Shown here: piece after piece, positions 51,763-64,000 of the stretch | How positions within the stretch are numbered: the stretch's first letter is position 1 | Layout: each line of letters starts with the position of its first letter | Origin: Psilocybe cubensis | Lineage: Eukaryota | NCBI GenBank assembly: GCA_017499595.2 | Contig: CM039010.1 | Coordinates: forward strand, 620,001 to 684,000 | Length of the DNA stretch: 64,000 nt | Reading direction: 5' to 3' | Made by a program: the position numbers and the translations under genes | The notes under the pieces: model-generated | Databases searched by the model: none | Seen by the model: only the letters and a program-made list of their open reading frames with translations | Told to the model about the DNA's origin: nothing

Positions 51763-53472
51763 TCATCCTGATCCTGGAATACTTCCAAAGGGACTATTTT
51801 CATATCCGATCTGCATGCCATTTCCTTTCCCGACCTCTACCCACGTCGCCTTTCCTTCTTCATTTCGTACCACATTGGCAACGGTATAAGGATAGTCGTA
51901 CCGATTCGAAATGTCCGTCACCGAGTCAAGTGATTCCCATTTTTGAGCGGATAGGTTGGTGACAAGTGCAAGATATCGTCCTCTTGATTCTTCGGAATGC
52001 ACATGATAATCCCTGTATCCTATGTACAGCCTTCTCATGAGTTGGAGGCCTTGAACCCGATCCTCAAGGAGACTTTCCTGGATCACAGAAAAACCAACTA
52101 ATTTAGTAATATAGCGGAACGGACGCGACAGTTACTCACAAAAAATAATTGCATGCTCAAATTTCTACACGTCAAACCAAATTCTTCCAACGCAGGGATG
52201 ATTTTTGCAATGCTTAAAATATAATCTGAAAATGCCAATGGGTTCGGAATCTGACTGCGCTTCAAAGCTCCTTCGATTTCAAGACTTCGTATTCTGGACT
52301 GTCCATCAGGGAATACTCGTTGAAGTAGAATGGGGAATTCTTTTGCGATCGACCGTCGTACACACAGACGAGTCAACTGGTGTATTATTGGCGCTAAAGC
52401 AGCAACCTCGTTTAGGTCTGCCTTTATCACGTTTCATGATTTCAGATGCTCCCATAGTATGAAGCCAAAACGTTCTCACCTCGAGATGCACTAAATTAGG
52501 CAAGAACCCCTGATTGATGTCGTTCGAGAATAGGGGCTGACCGGGGTTGTCTGAAGGTAAGGAAAGTGTCTGCAAAGTAGGATGGCGTCTCCAGAACGAC
52601 ATTGCTTCTGCAGTATCACTGAGACAGAAGGAAGCCAATGTCAACCTCTTCAGATTGGGGAAATGCAACCTTAATATTGGGGAGATGCAGGGAAGCTTGC
52701 TGCACGAGCCAAAGGAGAGAGATAAACTGTTCAGGGTGAATGACAAAAGTCTTCCATTTCCGGCAACTATATCGAATCCAGAGGTTGTCCCAAGGGTGGT
52801 ATTACAGAAGTCGAGCCCGAGGGTTTTGAGAGTCTACATGAAAAGAAGGATTCAGGAGTCGTTATTATTTCGAGAAATGGATACTTTCGCGGCGCTTACT
52901 TTGGAATCTTTGAGCACACTCATCCCTAGATCGTACGCCAGAGGTGTGAAAAATGAGTCTTCGGGTCCCGATAAAACAAACTCTGAAAGAAGAGGGCATT
53001 TCTTGATTATATTTCCGAAGAAATTTTGCGAAAATCCCCCATAAACGTTTTGACCGTAGCCATTCCACCCTGCCTGCGCATGGAAAGTGAAGCTTTGAAG
53101 TGATGGAAGCAAGCCCAGAGTTATCAATCCTTCCACTCCGTCTGTAACGTTCAAGGGACATTTGGGCTCCCGGGTTGGGTTGTACAAAATGTGAATGCCC
53201 TTGACGTGTCGCCCAAGGTTTGGGTTTTCGAAAATGTTGGTGATAGCCTGGGATGTTCTTCGCTCATCCCTCAGTATGACTCGCGAGTAGAGGTGGCGTG
53301 GGTATAGATTGGTGTAAAAAACACGACTTGTCAAAATCAATGAAAGGATCGTAGACGGAGCGGAATGCAATGGTATAGAAATCACAATTTCGTCAAGGAG
53401 TTCTGTCGGCAGAGCTTGCAATTGAGGCCGTAAATCCATCTTTGATAGGGGCTGAAGGGGATGATCCGCCAA
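51763..53472 (-). CDS. F-box-like / LRR protein, tandem paralog of 48923-50575
   Basis: LQALPTELLDEIV...ILSLILTSRVFY...LYSRVIL; LHFPNLKRLTL...DTAEAMSFWRRHPTL closely parallels the neighbouring gene. Confidence 0.7.
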
Positions 53473-53938
53473 GAGAGGAGGTATACTACGGAAGACTGTT
53501 GTTTGGTTAGTATGGAGCTTGGAATGGAAAGTAAGGAGGGCCTTACCAATTCAAGTGAGATGATAGTCGGTGCTAACACTTTGGGTTGGGATGGCGTCGT
53601 AAAGGAAGAAATTCTCACTCGCCATGTCGCTGTCGGCTCATATAAGCCGCAGTCACCAGGAGAAACGCGGACATCACGGCCAGAGTATTAATGAGACAGC
53701 ATACAACATGCAATATCACTGATCGAACGCGGATGAAACGAAGACGCTCATCCGACAAGCATGACAAATTAACGTTTGGTCATTGGTTCAATAGGCGCCC
53801 ATCGGATGATTGCCCAAGGGGATAAAGATCGTTACACACACTTAAATACTATAACAAGTGGATATATAGTCGCATACGCTTACAATGTGAAAATATTTAA
53901 TACATTCATTGGTAACGTATCCTTTTTCTTGGTGTTGT

Positions 53939-55418
53939 TCACCCGCAAAAACCACACGAGCATGCAAATCCCGGCCGCAGCCATGGATGACTCTTCAGTT
54001 CTGCTATGGTAGGCCTATCGGCAGGATCCAGGACTAAACATCTCTCTAAGAATTGAACAGCGCCTCGAGTTTGATCTGGTGTAATGTTTGGCATTCCGCT
54101 AGAAGCAAAACGGCTTTCAAGCGTATCTTCAGGGATGTCTTCAATGAAAAATCCTATAAACACAGTGAGGGTGGAGGTGTTACATATTGGAAAGAAATAT
54201 TTTACCATCCTCGGCAAAAAAGCATTCTCGGACAGGAGAGCGAATCGCGAGTTCCCGCTTGAAGCGGTCTTGAACCATTGCCTGAATCCATGCAAGGTGG
54301 TCACCCTCGTCCTCAGTTTTTTCAGGGAGCACGAGTGGATCTCCTGTTAAAAGCTGGTATACCTGTACCAAACATACAATAAACATATTGTTTGACTGCG
54401 TTTAGGAGCGAGTGTACATACCGCGCATCCAAGCATCCATATATCGACCTTGCTGTCATATGAGGTCTCGATGATGGTCTCCGGTGGTCGAAGAGCAACA
54501 TCTACTCCAGACCATTTGGGAGCTTTGTCGGTAAATTGAGCTGCGAAATTACAACTGTCAGGAGTTCACAGTTATAGCATTTAGTGTATAGCATGATAAT
54601 ACCATGACCGACGTTGCTAAGATACAAAGAGCAATTTACAAAAGAGGACTGTGTTTCATTCCAATCGTAACCGTGGGTAATAGGCTGTGATCGAACGACC
54701 GGGTATTCGACTCCATTGATTGCCACGACTTTTTCGATTTTGCACGGAGGGAGCTGAGCCAACCTACTCTCTATATCTCCCTTATTATTCCCTATAAAAA
54801 AACGGATATTATCACCGGTCACAGCTTGAGACAAAAAAAGATCGCAGGATCGCGTTAATTTTAGTGTGCAAGAGTAGAAGAGCAATGTAACTTACCGCCG
54901 TGAATGAGGGAAAGTTTATGAAGCTCTAAAAGAGGCACCATTATGGACGCCACTGCCTTCTGCACAATGTGGACGGGTAAAGTTTTGGTAGGAGAAGACA
55001 AGCGCAGGTCCTCCAGTGACGTGCCAAGTACCGCGAGTCCGATGCAAAGATGTTCTCCATGGGCACTGTTCTGGATGAAATGACATTGTAGACTTGGAAG
55101 ATCGTCCAGGCCTCTCCTTTGGATCATTTTAAGAACTTCCAGCTCATAGTTTGCCTGGTTCGTCGCATGTACAGTCAGAATCTTGAGTGCTATGTAACGA
55201 TCATCCCTGTGAATCAGGTCAATATTTGTCTCCAATATGCAATGATGTTGAACTTACTGTGCATCCAGGGCGAGCCATACAGACGATCGTGGTCCATACC
55301 CTAGCTTGCGTATGACCTCGTACCTGTTTTCACCTAGCTTAAGACCTGGAAAGGCGGGAAAGTATCCTGATCCATCAGCGGCAGATTCGGAAAGGGGTTC
55401 TTCAGGGAATTGGGACAT
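53939..55418 (-). CDS. SRPK/Sky1-like CMGC kinase-fold protein, predicted pseudokinase
   Basis: RYEVIRKLGYGPRSSVWLA, YIALKILT, HGEHLC, LRPPE, DIWMLGC, FLERCLVLDPADRPT; catalytic loop reads HGAVTGDN and the DFG/DLG position reads NVG. Confidence 0.85.
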
Positions 55419-56064
55419 AATGCTTGTTAGGAAAGGGATGGATTGCAGAAAGGTGCGCTTTATGAATTACGGAGACCTGGAGACGGAAATCCGTTTTGGA
55501 TGGACCATGATCAAGACGATAACACAGCCATGATTCACAGGCTACGGCGCTTTCAAGGCTTCGACGAGTGGTTTGATACTGACGTTTGATGCGTTCCGAT
55601 CAGTTCAAATTCGTGATACGTATTTGCTAGAATTAACATGCAACCAAACGGCCCCAGAAAGTTCACCCTTTCCCAATCTTATCGTCTATTTATTCGAGAT
55701 GGCAGGGCTCACAGTGACAACAGTTATCTGCACTAGGTGGGATTAAGTACCGCAAAAAAAGAATAACACCTAGCTCATGGCCACACACTCGGAGGTATAG
55801 AGTAAGTCTAGTATTAATTTGGTTGCAGCGGTGGGTAGTAATCTCTTATTCAACCATGCATAAGCACCGTCCCTGGAGGCATGTTTAGTTTTGAAATAGA
55901 TATGTACGTCAATGTGACTTGTAGCGTAAAAACGGCATTTGGCACACGCCGACTGGGACGGGGCGGGTTCAGATAAATAGAAACCCGCTTTCAAACAAGT
56001 TTTTCATTGAGCTGGTCTCACCGTCATACATTTGCGCAGGTCGCATTCCACCCCGTCGTACATC

Positions 56065-57044
56065 ATGCGTTTCGCACCCATCATTGCTGTAGTGTCGACT
56101 TTTCTACCTGTGGTGCTCTGTTTACCCATCGTTTCAGAGCGTGGTTCCGATTTATCAATGTGAGGCAGAAAACTCGCTAGAAAGTATCAAAAGCTAACGG
56201 TGCCATGTAGACACAGACGCGAGTATCCAGGCCCATCTTTTGATGTTTTTGAACGTGATGATGGACTGGACTTGGATTCCAGAGACATCGATGACGTCGA
56301 GGAGATCTACCAGCGTAGTCGAGGAGCATTAAAGGCCGCAAAGCAAGCCGCCAAAGCCACGCGAGTCGCAAAAGCAGCAGCCAAAGGAAAGACCTCTCCA
56401 AAGCGACCTGCTAACGCAAAGGTTACGTTCGGTAACGCTGCAAAGGCCCACCTTGACGAACTCGGACTGCACGGAAAAGACCGCAAGAAAGTGAAAAAGT
56501 ACCACAAACAAGTAGTCAAGCAGGATATGAAGAATCACGGAGCACACTCTGCCAGAGTTTTGTGAGTATCTTCCCCGAGATTCTTATAAAACAACATTAA
56601 CATCCTTTTATTGTAGTCATCTCGCACACACTGGAGGCAGTGATCCGAATGAAAAGAACCATATTACTGCTGGATATTACAAGGCTCCCACGAAGCAAGG
56701 CCATCCTGGAGAGCAGATCAAGAGTCCGTGGGCGATAAAACACGAGAAAGAGAACCCAGGAAAAGTCACGAAGGGCTTATTCCATGTCTATCCTTCTGAG
56801 AAGAAGAAAGTTCCTTCTTCATGGACCAAGGCTGCCGAATCATCAGCCTCCAGAAAGAAGGCAGAAGCTGATCGACACGCAGCTGCTACAAAGGCTGAAG
56901 AGGAAGCTAAGCATCGTCGTGTGGAGGCAGAAAGGTTGGCTGGAGGTTCGCTTTCAGCAGAGGCCAAGAAAGCACAACGGGAAGCTGCAAAAGCGGCCAA
57001 AGCAGCGAAGAAACTTGGGAAAAAAGAGTAAATTACGATCATGA
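56065..57044 (+). CDS. Secreted protein with acidic propeptide and very basic mature domain, 3 exons
   Basis: Signal peptide MRFAPIIAVVSTFLPVVLC; acidic segments ending in ER/SR/YQR; Lys/Ala-rich mature region with HLAHTGGSDPNEKNHITAGY...LFHVYP. Confidence 0.7.
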
Positions 57045-57238
57045 TTCAGTTGATTAGGTGTACGAATTCAATGAGTTTGTTATAATAACGCACCTTGAGA
57101 TAAACCGCAACTTTTCCTTCAGTTATAACTATGTTAAATAACAAAAGAAAGCAGAGGACTGACATCTGTTTCATGCATAGCCCTGTCATACATAGATGCC
57201 GCGATGGAAAATTCCCACGGCTCAGACCATGTCGCTTA

Positions 57239-58439
57239 CACGATGGGCACCTAACTGTCATGTGGCTATCTAACATGTTAGCTAGGTTGTTGCCATAATA
57301 TTGTACTATGTTAATTGTCATGTAATTGTCATGTTAACTGTTGGTTAACTGTCATGTTTTTTGAGTCACACTCTGTCTTGTCACTCAAGACCATGGGGTC
57401 CAGTAGATACATATCCGGTTGACTTGGGGGAAAAATGAAAGGACATGTAGAGTGTATATATTAACACTGCACCACCTGGCCAATATTAAACACTAGGGGC
57501 ATTGGCTTAAGAAAACAGTAATTTGTCTGAATTTTTTTGATTGATCAAGTTGCAATTAAATTTCAAGATTTATTGACAATAAAATTCATGTGGTGCACAT
57601 CATGGCGGTATTTGAATCCATCAATACCCATGCCGAACGGCCGTTCTCAAAGGTATTAATCATGCTCGCTAGAATCCCCCTATTCATATCAATTTCTTCC
57701 AATATGGCGCGTACTCGCGCGTTAGAGAGACAGCATGCACCTACTAGATATCAGCAAAATAAGGACAAGAATCTCACTTCCTGGGAAAAAATGGCAATTT
57801 TCCTCATTAACGATGCAAAAACGGTCGACAAGCAAATAGTCGCAACCATGTTCTCACATCTCGCAAACTAAGATTGGAAATCACGTCGATTACAGGCTGA
57901 GAGGCTTTCTATAGATGGGTGTGATCGTTGACAGAATGCGCACCTTGCCAGGCATTGGAAAACATAGCTGAAAACGCGCGCAAAGAGGAGACGCGCCGCG
58001 AAATAAAGACGCGTTTCGACGCGTCAAAGCTCCTTGACTACGCCGTTGCTGCGGTCGGCATGTTGGCCGCTTTTAAGCTCATTCAAACTCAGAAAAGCAC
58101 ACCAACAGTATATACCACATGAATTTTACTACCAAGAACGTCAGCTAAACTGTTCCACATGGTTTTAAAAATTAAACAACATCGTAAAAAAGAGAATTGA
58201 GTAGCACTATTGTCCCCAAGTCGACCGGTTATGTAACTGCCAGTTTGGGACTTGAAGACTATTCACGGTTCACAGAGACTTACTGGGTCTTGAGTGACAA
58301 GGTAGAGTGTGACCCAAAAAACATGACAGTTAACATGACAATTACATGACAATTACATGACAATTAACATAGTACAATATTATGGCAACAACCTAGCTAA
58401 CATGTTAGATAGCCACATGACAGTTAGGTGCCCATCGTG
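57239..58439. mobile_element. Non-autonomous TIR DNA transposon (1.2 kb), CAC termini, TTA target duplication
   Basis: ~155-bp imperfect TIRs starting CACGATGGGCACCTAACTGTCATGTGGC; TTA at 57236-57238 and 58440-58442; AATTGTCATGT subterminal repeats; no transposase ORF. Confidence 0.9.
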
Positions 58440-58579
58440 TTATAAGTTATATTACCTAGTGCCTCATTGCCCAATCACAGAGCGCAAGAATGTAGTCAAA
58501 TTTGTTAACAACTTGTTAATGATATTTGGTTGAAGCACAACTGTCATGAAGGAGATAAAAATATTCAGTAAAATAGTCC

Positions 58580-60060
58580 CTAAAGACAACCGGCAGGCAA
58601 GACAGGTGGATTTGCAAGGCTAGGCACCTGTACACTATCAGTATAGGTGGTGCAAGATTGTAACGCAGGAGAACCCCAAATCTCAACGACCTTCGGGTGC
58701 ACGAAACGTCCGTTGACCACCAGGCGAGTGTTAGGAATTGGCAATGGCGCTTTGGGTCCAGTATTAAAAACTCCCGGGTAAGAAGCATTCAAAAATGTCT
58801 CTGACAGCGGCGGATTCTCGAGTGTGCGCAGTTTATCGCCAGTCTTCTCAGCCACGAAGCTGAAAACGTTGGCACCGACATCATAACGACCCAATGTGTG
58901 CAGGTTCCAGTTAGCTTCAATTGTGGCTATTCCAGAGTAGTGTGTGTAGAACGAGCTGTCTTCTGTGCCAATTAAGTGCTTTGGAACCGCGTTTCCCAAG
59001 AGGATTGAGTCAACTCTATTCTGAATGCCGTCACTTCCGCTCTCGTCGAATGCTATTGAAGATATGAGTTAAAGTTCAAGGTATTTGAAAAGAATAACTA
59101 ACTGAGAAGTATGAGTGTCTTCGGACCATTGAAGTGGGGATTTTTGAGCAAAGGTTCCAAGAAACCTCTTGCCCAACTACTGGCAAAGGTGATATTGGTA
59201 TCGTGCCCATCGTTAGCTGAATGTTTTGTCATTAGATTGGGGTGAAAAGATGTCATACACCGAGTTTTGAAATAAACTGACTCATGTTAGGTGTAATAAA
59301 CAACCATTGTGGAATATTGTTCGATGCAAGATCTTGTTCAAACAACGTAAAGTTTTTGATATTAGCACTTCGGGTCGTGCTATTTGCAACAGAATCGTAG
59401 ATGATCAACGGACTGAATCGGTAGAATTAGTTTACTTGTTGAAAAAAGAATATCCTAGAAAAAAGCGACATAACTTACTTGTGTTTTCGTACATAGTCGT
59501 TCGCGCCAGATGGAGCGAGCTGCTGAAACCCTTGGAATCCAGTTTCTGGCATATCTTCTTGGTATTCGGCCCACGAAATGCCCTTCTCCTCCAATAAATC
59601 GACGATAGTTGAAATATTCGCTGGGATACGGTTCAGGTTATCATTCTGCATCCCGAAATACTCTCCGCCGACAGAAGCAACGTAATTGGGTTCCGAAGGG
59701 TGAGTAACGGCAAAATAGTTTGTCAATCTGAGGCTTTGCTGTGTCAAAGCAGCAAAATTTGCTTTCAAATGAAAACATGGTAAGAGTAAAAAAATAGGAT
59801 ATTACAGATTTGAAACGTACGATCAGCCTGGGCGTCCGTTGAGTCCGTGTTCTCGAGCCAAATACTGATAAAGCGATCGAACACAATCCCTGGAACTATT
59901 TTGTTGTGTTTTCTGTGTAGAGAAAAAAAATCGGTCAGTTGAGCCGCATTCCAATCGGAGAAGAAATCATAACCGACGGTGGCTGATGATCATGGTCTGG
60001 AGGAGGTGCAGCCACAACACCAAGAATAACAGTGGCAGAAAGTAAAGTGGACAACAACAT
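58580..60060 (-). CDS. Secreted acid phosphatase, phosphoesterase family, multi-exon
   Basis: Signal peptide MLLSTLLSATVILGVVAA; FDRFISIWLENTD, THPSEPNY, YVRKH, TPNM.NDGHDT, YTHYS.IATIEANW. Confidence 0.9.
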
Positions 60061-61112
60061 CGCTTCCCCGAGATTTAGATGTTAAAGCACCAGTAAAAGA
60101 GCAGATTTAACACAGGTGTCCGACTTCACCAAGGAAGATGACCACACAGAAGAAGAGATTTTGGGCAGATGATCATGCACTTTATATCCTTTAGCAGCTA
60201 GGTCCTGTCGAAACTTCTCGATGCTTTGGGCTCAGAAGGGACACCTCGCCGTGCCGCATTCGTCCTGACCACCCGACAAACGTGCGCTTCTTACAGAAAA
60301 ACAGATTACTGCTCTGTCAAAAATGCAACCATATATCATGTGGATATGCCAACACACTCATCGTCATCAGCTAAACGCAGATATGGTGCCATGAAAGATA
60401 ACAAGGGTTAAAAATAATGCGGAATTGATGGATCGTCCCACTTGACAAGGGCGGATGTGCGGAGCCGATGTGAAAGCTCTAGACAGAGAGCATTTGAGCG
60501 CCATGTGAAGTCAAGTCAGTAGGATCAAGAAAATCAGAATCATATGTAGACATACATGCAAGGTAGATGAGAAAAAACAAAAGTCACAGGAATCCATAGT
60601 ACTGCCAGCCACTGTCCCACGACGCCAGATCCTGCTAATTTCATGAAGACAAAAAGGACAGTGTTGATCGGCAATAAACCGCCTTCCTTCAACGCCCGAT
60701 ATGACCCTAGCACTCTCAGGCGAAATGCATTTAGCAACTTGAAGTTTGATACTTTGAAGGACCGTGTGCAGGTATTTGGCCAATCGATGTCATGCGGGAA
60801 AGATGAGAGATTGTATAAATATGTTGAAGAATGTGATGGAGAAGTGCAATAAAATGTATATAGTTACACGTTTGTGAGGTGGGGGTATAAAATAGAAGGA
60901 AAGAGAATGCCAGTGCCTAGTAATACGTGTAGTATGCTGAGGGAAAGAGTCGATCGGGGAGTTCGGAGTCAAGAGTCGTAGAAACTGCAGGAAGACAAAA
61001 AGAAGCAGAAACGAATGAGAGGATTAGAGAAATTTGTAAGTATTAAAACCAAATGGTAAGACTGACAAGCAAATAGAAAATGAACCTCCAAGCTTCAGAG
61101 TAAGCTTCATAT

Positions 61113-63425
61113 TCATCTTAAGTCTACAATTTCAAGACTGGAATCCTTCATTTGCACGTGTCCCTTATCAGCATCCTGTGACAGTGAAGTAAGCATACCG
61201 ATACATGTAGATAAATTTGAGTGGAACAACGTACAGTGTATATCGGTTCATCGGGATGAGGATGGAATGCTTCTTTGGCGTTACATCGAAGTATGATGTC
61301 GAGTCCCGGAGGGTCCGTCAAACGGAAGATTCCAAAGCTAAGAACAAAAGATAATATTAGTTATAGTTCAAAAATGCAAGTCAAGTTGTACAGACTTCGG
61401 GTTGGATTTTGGAGCACAAACGACAGCAAATGACTCTGGAAGCATGCGCTGGAAACCTGAATGTGTGTGAAGATCGACCGAGGACATAAAACATGATTGC
61501 GATGGATGGGTATGGATCTATCCATCATCATCAGTTGTTACATCCCGGCTGCGAGTATAAAACCACTCACCCATCCAAGGGTAATCAAACTTCGCTCCTC
61601 CGTGAACTGTAAGACCAATTCTTCCTCATCCATAGTGCACGTGTCGCTCGTAGAGCTTTGCTTCGGAATAAGCAGCGTGGTGACTGCATATTTGTGTCCT
61701 TTATCCTTCCCTAAAAGCAATCCACACGTCTCCTTGTTCCTCTCCGTGTTCACTCTGGCGATTGCAAGGAATCTTGGCAGACATTCTCTAGGAAGACTGA
61801 CTGTCTTCAAGGGCACATTAGGGTCAAACACTGCATTTGGCGGGCGAGGCATCCGAGCGACCTCCGTTTGCGTAGGGGGTGCCATCTGTGGCGGAATGCC
61901 GCCGAGACCGGGAGGTGGGTAGGCGCTATGCTGCTGGGGGTATCCTGAAGGGTACAGAGAATTGCTGTCGTTCCCATTTGAACCGAAAAGAATTGAACTG
62001 GAGTTGTGATGCTTATCTACTGGGTCGAACATGGAATTTAGAGAAGGGAAATAACCCTGAGCCTTTTGGTGCTGGGACATCAAGTTGGGGTATTGAATAG
62101 GTCCAATTCCCGGAACGGGAGATGTAGTTGTTATAGGCGGAGGATACGATGGGCTGCGCGCGTGAAATGAGTCACAAAAAACAAGAAACGTAGCTGAAAA
62201 ACCTACCTCCTGACATTGCGGATTGGGGTTCTGTATTCGATTACTCGTGTTGTGCTGTGCAGCGATTCCGAGTCAGTTGAGTCGCCTTCATATACCGGGC
62301 TTTGGAGAGGCATTCGTCGTATGGCAGGATATTCAATATGGCCTTTGGATGAAGGCGTCGAAACCGCGGGCGATTGAGACTGCCCATGACCATAGAAGTC
62401 GGTAGATGACATCGAAGAGGCATGCGCATCAAGGGGTGGAGGAGCGATGTTCTGTCGAGCTATACGAGCAGCCTCTTCTGCCTCGCGTTGACGTCTAATA
62501 ATCCCATCCTGTTCCTGCTTTCTCTTCTGCTTGATTTCCTCTTCCCGCAGCCTCATTTGCTCCTGCTGTGCCTGCCGGGCAATTTCCTCTGGAGTACGTC
62601 CATCAGCCAAAACAACAGTGCTCTGCGATCCGTAGCCATGATTGTGAATTTGATTCGGCGTCCGCTGGAAGGTGTAATCAGGAGGTGGCGCCTTAGGAGT
62701 GTTGGACGCCGCTGCGGCTACCCGAGCAGCCTCTTTCCGCTTCGCCCGTTCTGCCTCATCATGCGCATACTGCTGCTCGCGCTGCCACTTCCATTTTGCC
62801 GCTTCCTCCGCCGCAACCCGTTGTTGGTGTTCCCGCTCTCGCTGCCTCGCGCGCTCTTCCTCCTGAAATTGCTCCCTTTGGGCCTGTGCACGAGCGGCAT
62901 CGTCATTTCCTATCAGTTGCGTCCTGGCATTCGGGGTTCGCTCATGATCCCCGTCAGGATGCCTTTGTAGCCATTTTTCATATCGATCCACGATAGAAGG
63001 TTTTAATTCACTTAGATGATCCAAGATATCCTGTCCATTCTGAATAAAAGAGGGTTTAATTGAATGATCGGGTAAAAGGGTGACATGTTCAAACCACGTA
63101 CCAGTGATAGATTGGTGCGCTGGTTGGCGTTCAGCACCTTGTGGTAATCGCGGTGTGATGGCAGCTTTTCGAGCACGAGTGTAGCCGCCCGGGCGAGTTG
63201 CACAAACGCAGTCTCGAGATCGCCCTTCTTCGCAGATTCTTTGCCTTCTCGTCGATATCTCTCTGCCACCCGCAAGTGCTGTTTGAATTCCCGAGACTCG
63301 TCCCAAACGTCAATTTTGGCCTGCTCCGCAAGCTCGGCTATCGATGCTGGACGTCTGGAGCTCGGTGCAACACCATTACCGCTCGCAACAGTTCTCGGTT
63401 GTCCTGGGTTTCCTACATGGCTCAT
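61113..63425 (-). CDS. AMSH/STAMBP-like JAMM deubiquitinase (Sst2 type) with N-terminal USP8-dimer/MIT-like domain
   Basis: N-terminal [75 protein letters not shown]; ends IVDLR-stop. Confidence 0.9.
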
Positions 63426-64000
63426 TTTGACGTTTGTATATCAAAGAGTCGAGTTCAGTGAGAGATCTGTGTCTAGAACGCCAGTTGTTCATACAAGTTA
63501 CTCTTGCGAATGGGTGCACGGCACAGTTACAGCTGTGTTAGCTTACTGCGCCTGGCACTTGTGTTGACCTGATCACGTGATACTGACATCGAATAGGAGA
63601 AGGTACCAGAAAAACGAACATTGGGTGGTAATTGAGCATAAACCTAGTCAAGAAGAACGACTTAAAAGTAGAATATACTCACTAATACATATTAATGATT
63701 AAGATTTGCTCGCATCCACACCGAAATATTCCAATGTCACTAATTGCTTGAAATCGGAAGATATGCAAAAGATATCGCTGAAATAACTGGCACTTTATTT
63801 ATTGCATGCAAAAGATGTTGCAGTGTATCCCTTAAATTTTTATATTAGATATACTTGGCCTAAGTCTATATTTGATACTCTGAACACGGACGAGAGTAAT
63901 GACAATAGGGGGATAGTGGCCTAAAAATAGAATGGTGGGCATTTAGGCGCCTGACTGTCGCGTCGCATAATTTGCTACGAGCAATGAGAAATAGAGGATA

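Noticed and set aside
57590-58122. Short ORFs inside the TIR element as transposase remnants
   Set aside because: No DDE or other transposase motif visible

Overview
Eukaryotic, intron-rich fungal DNA; gene style and families point to a mushroom-forming basidiomycete (inference). Housekeeping genes: RRP14-like (partial), RRD2-type PP2A activator, class V myosin-motor chitin synthase, two-domain amidohydrolase, secreted acid phosphatase and AMSH-like deubiquitinase. They flank a heavily rearranged accessory zone (about 11.3-43.4 kb). The main discovery is a 17-kb giant DNA transposon (25480-42484), bounded by an 8-bp target-site duplication (TTGCATCG), that splits a HET-domain gene in frame. 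It encodes an apparently intact SWIM/CxC/KDZ (Kyakuja-Dileera-Zisupton-type) transposase, lacks clear terminal inverted repeats and has subterminal minisatellites. It carries at least five spliced cargo genes, including a degenerate MADS-box-like protein and a tandem RNase-H1-N-terminal (hybrid-binding) protein, plus a palindromic 63-bp repeat array. Next to it is a ~3-kb tandem duplication (chitin synthase 3' end + HET 3' end) whose breakpoint coincides with the insertion site; the two copies enclose an intron-rich, apparently non-coding unit. The right third also holds F-box/LRR-like paralogs, a non-autonomous Helitron, an SRPK-like pseudokinase, a basic secreted protein and a 1.2-kb TIR element. 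All alignments and splice models were made by eye; no database searches were run.
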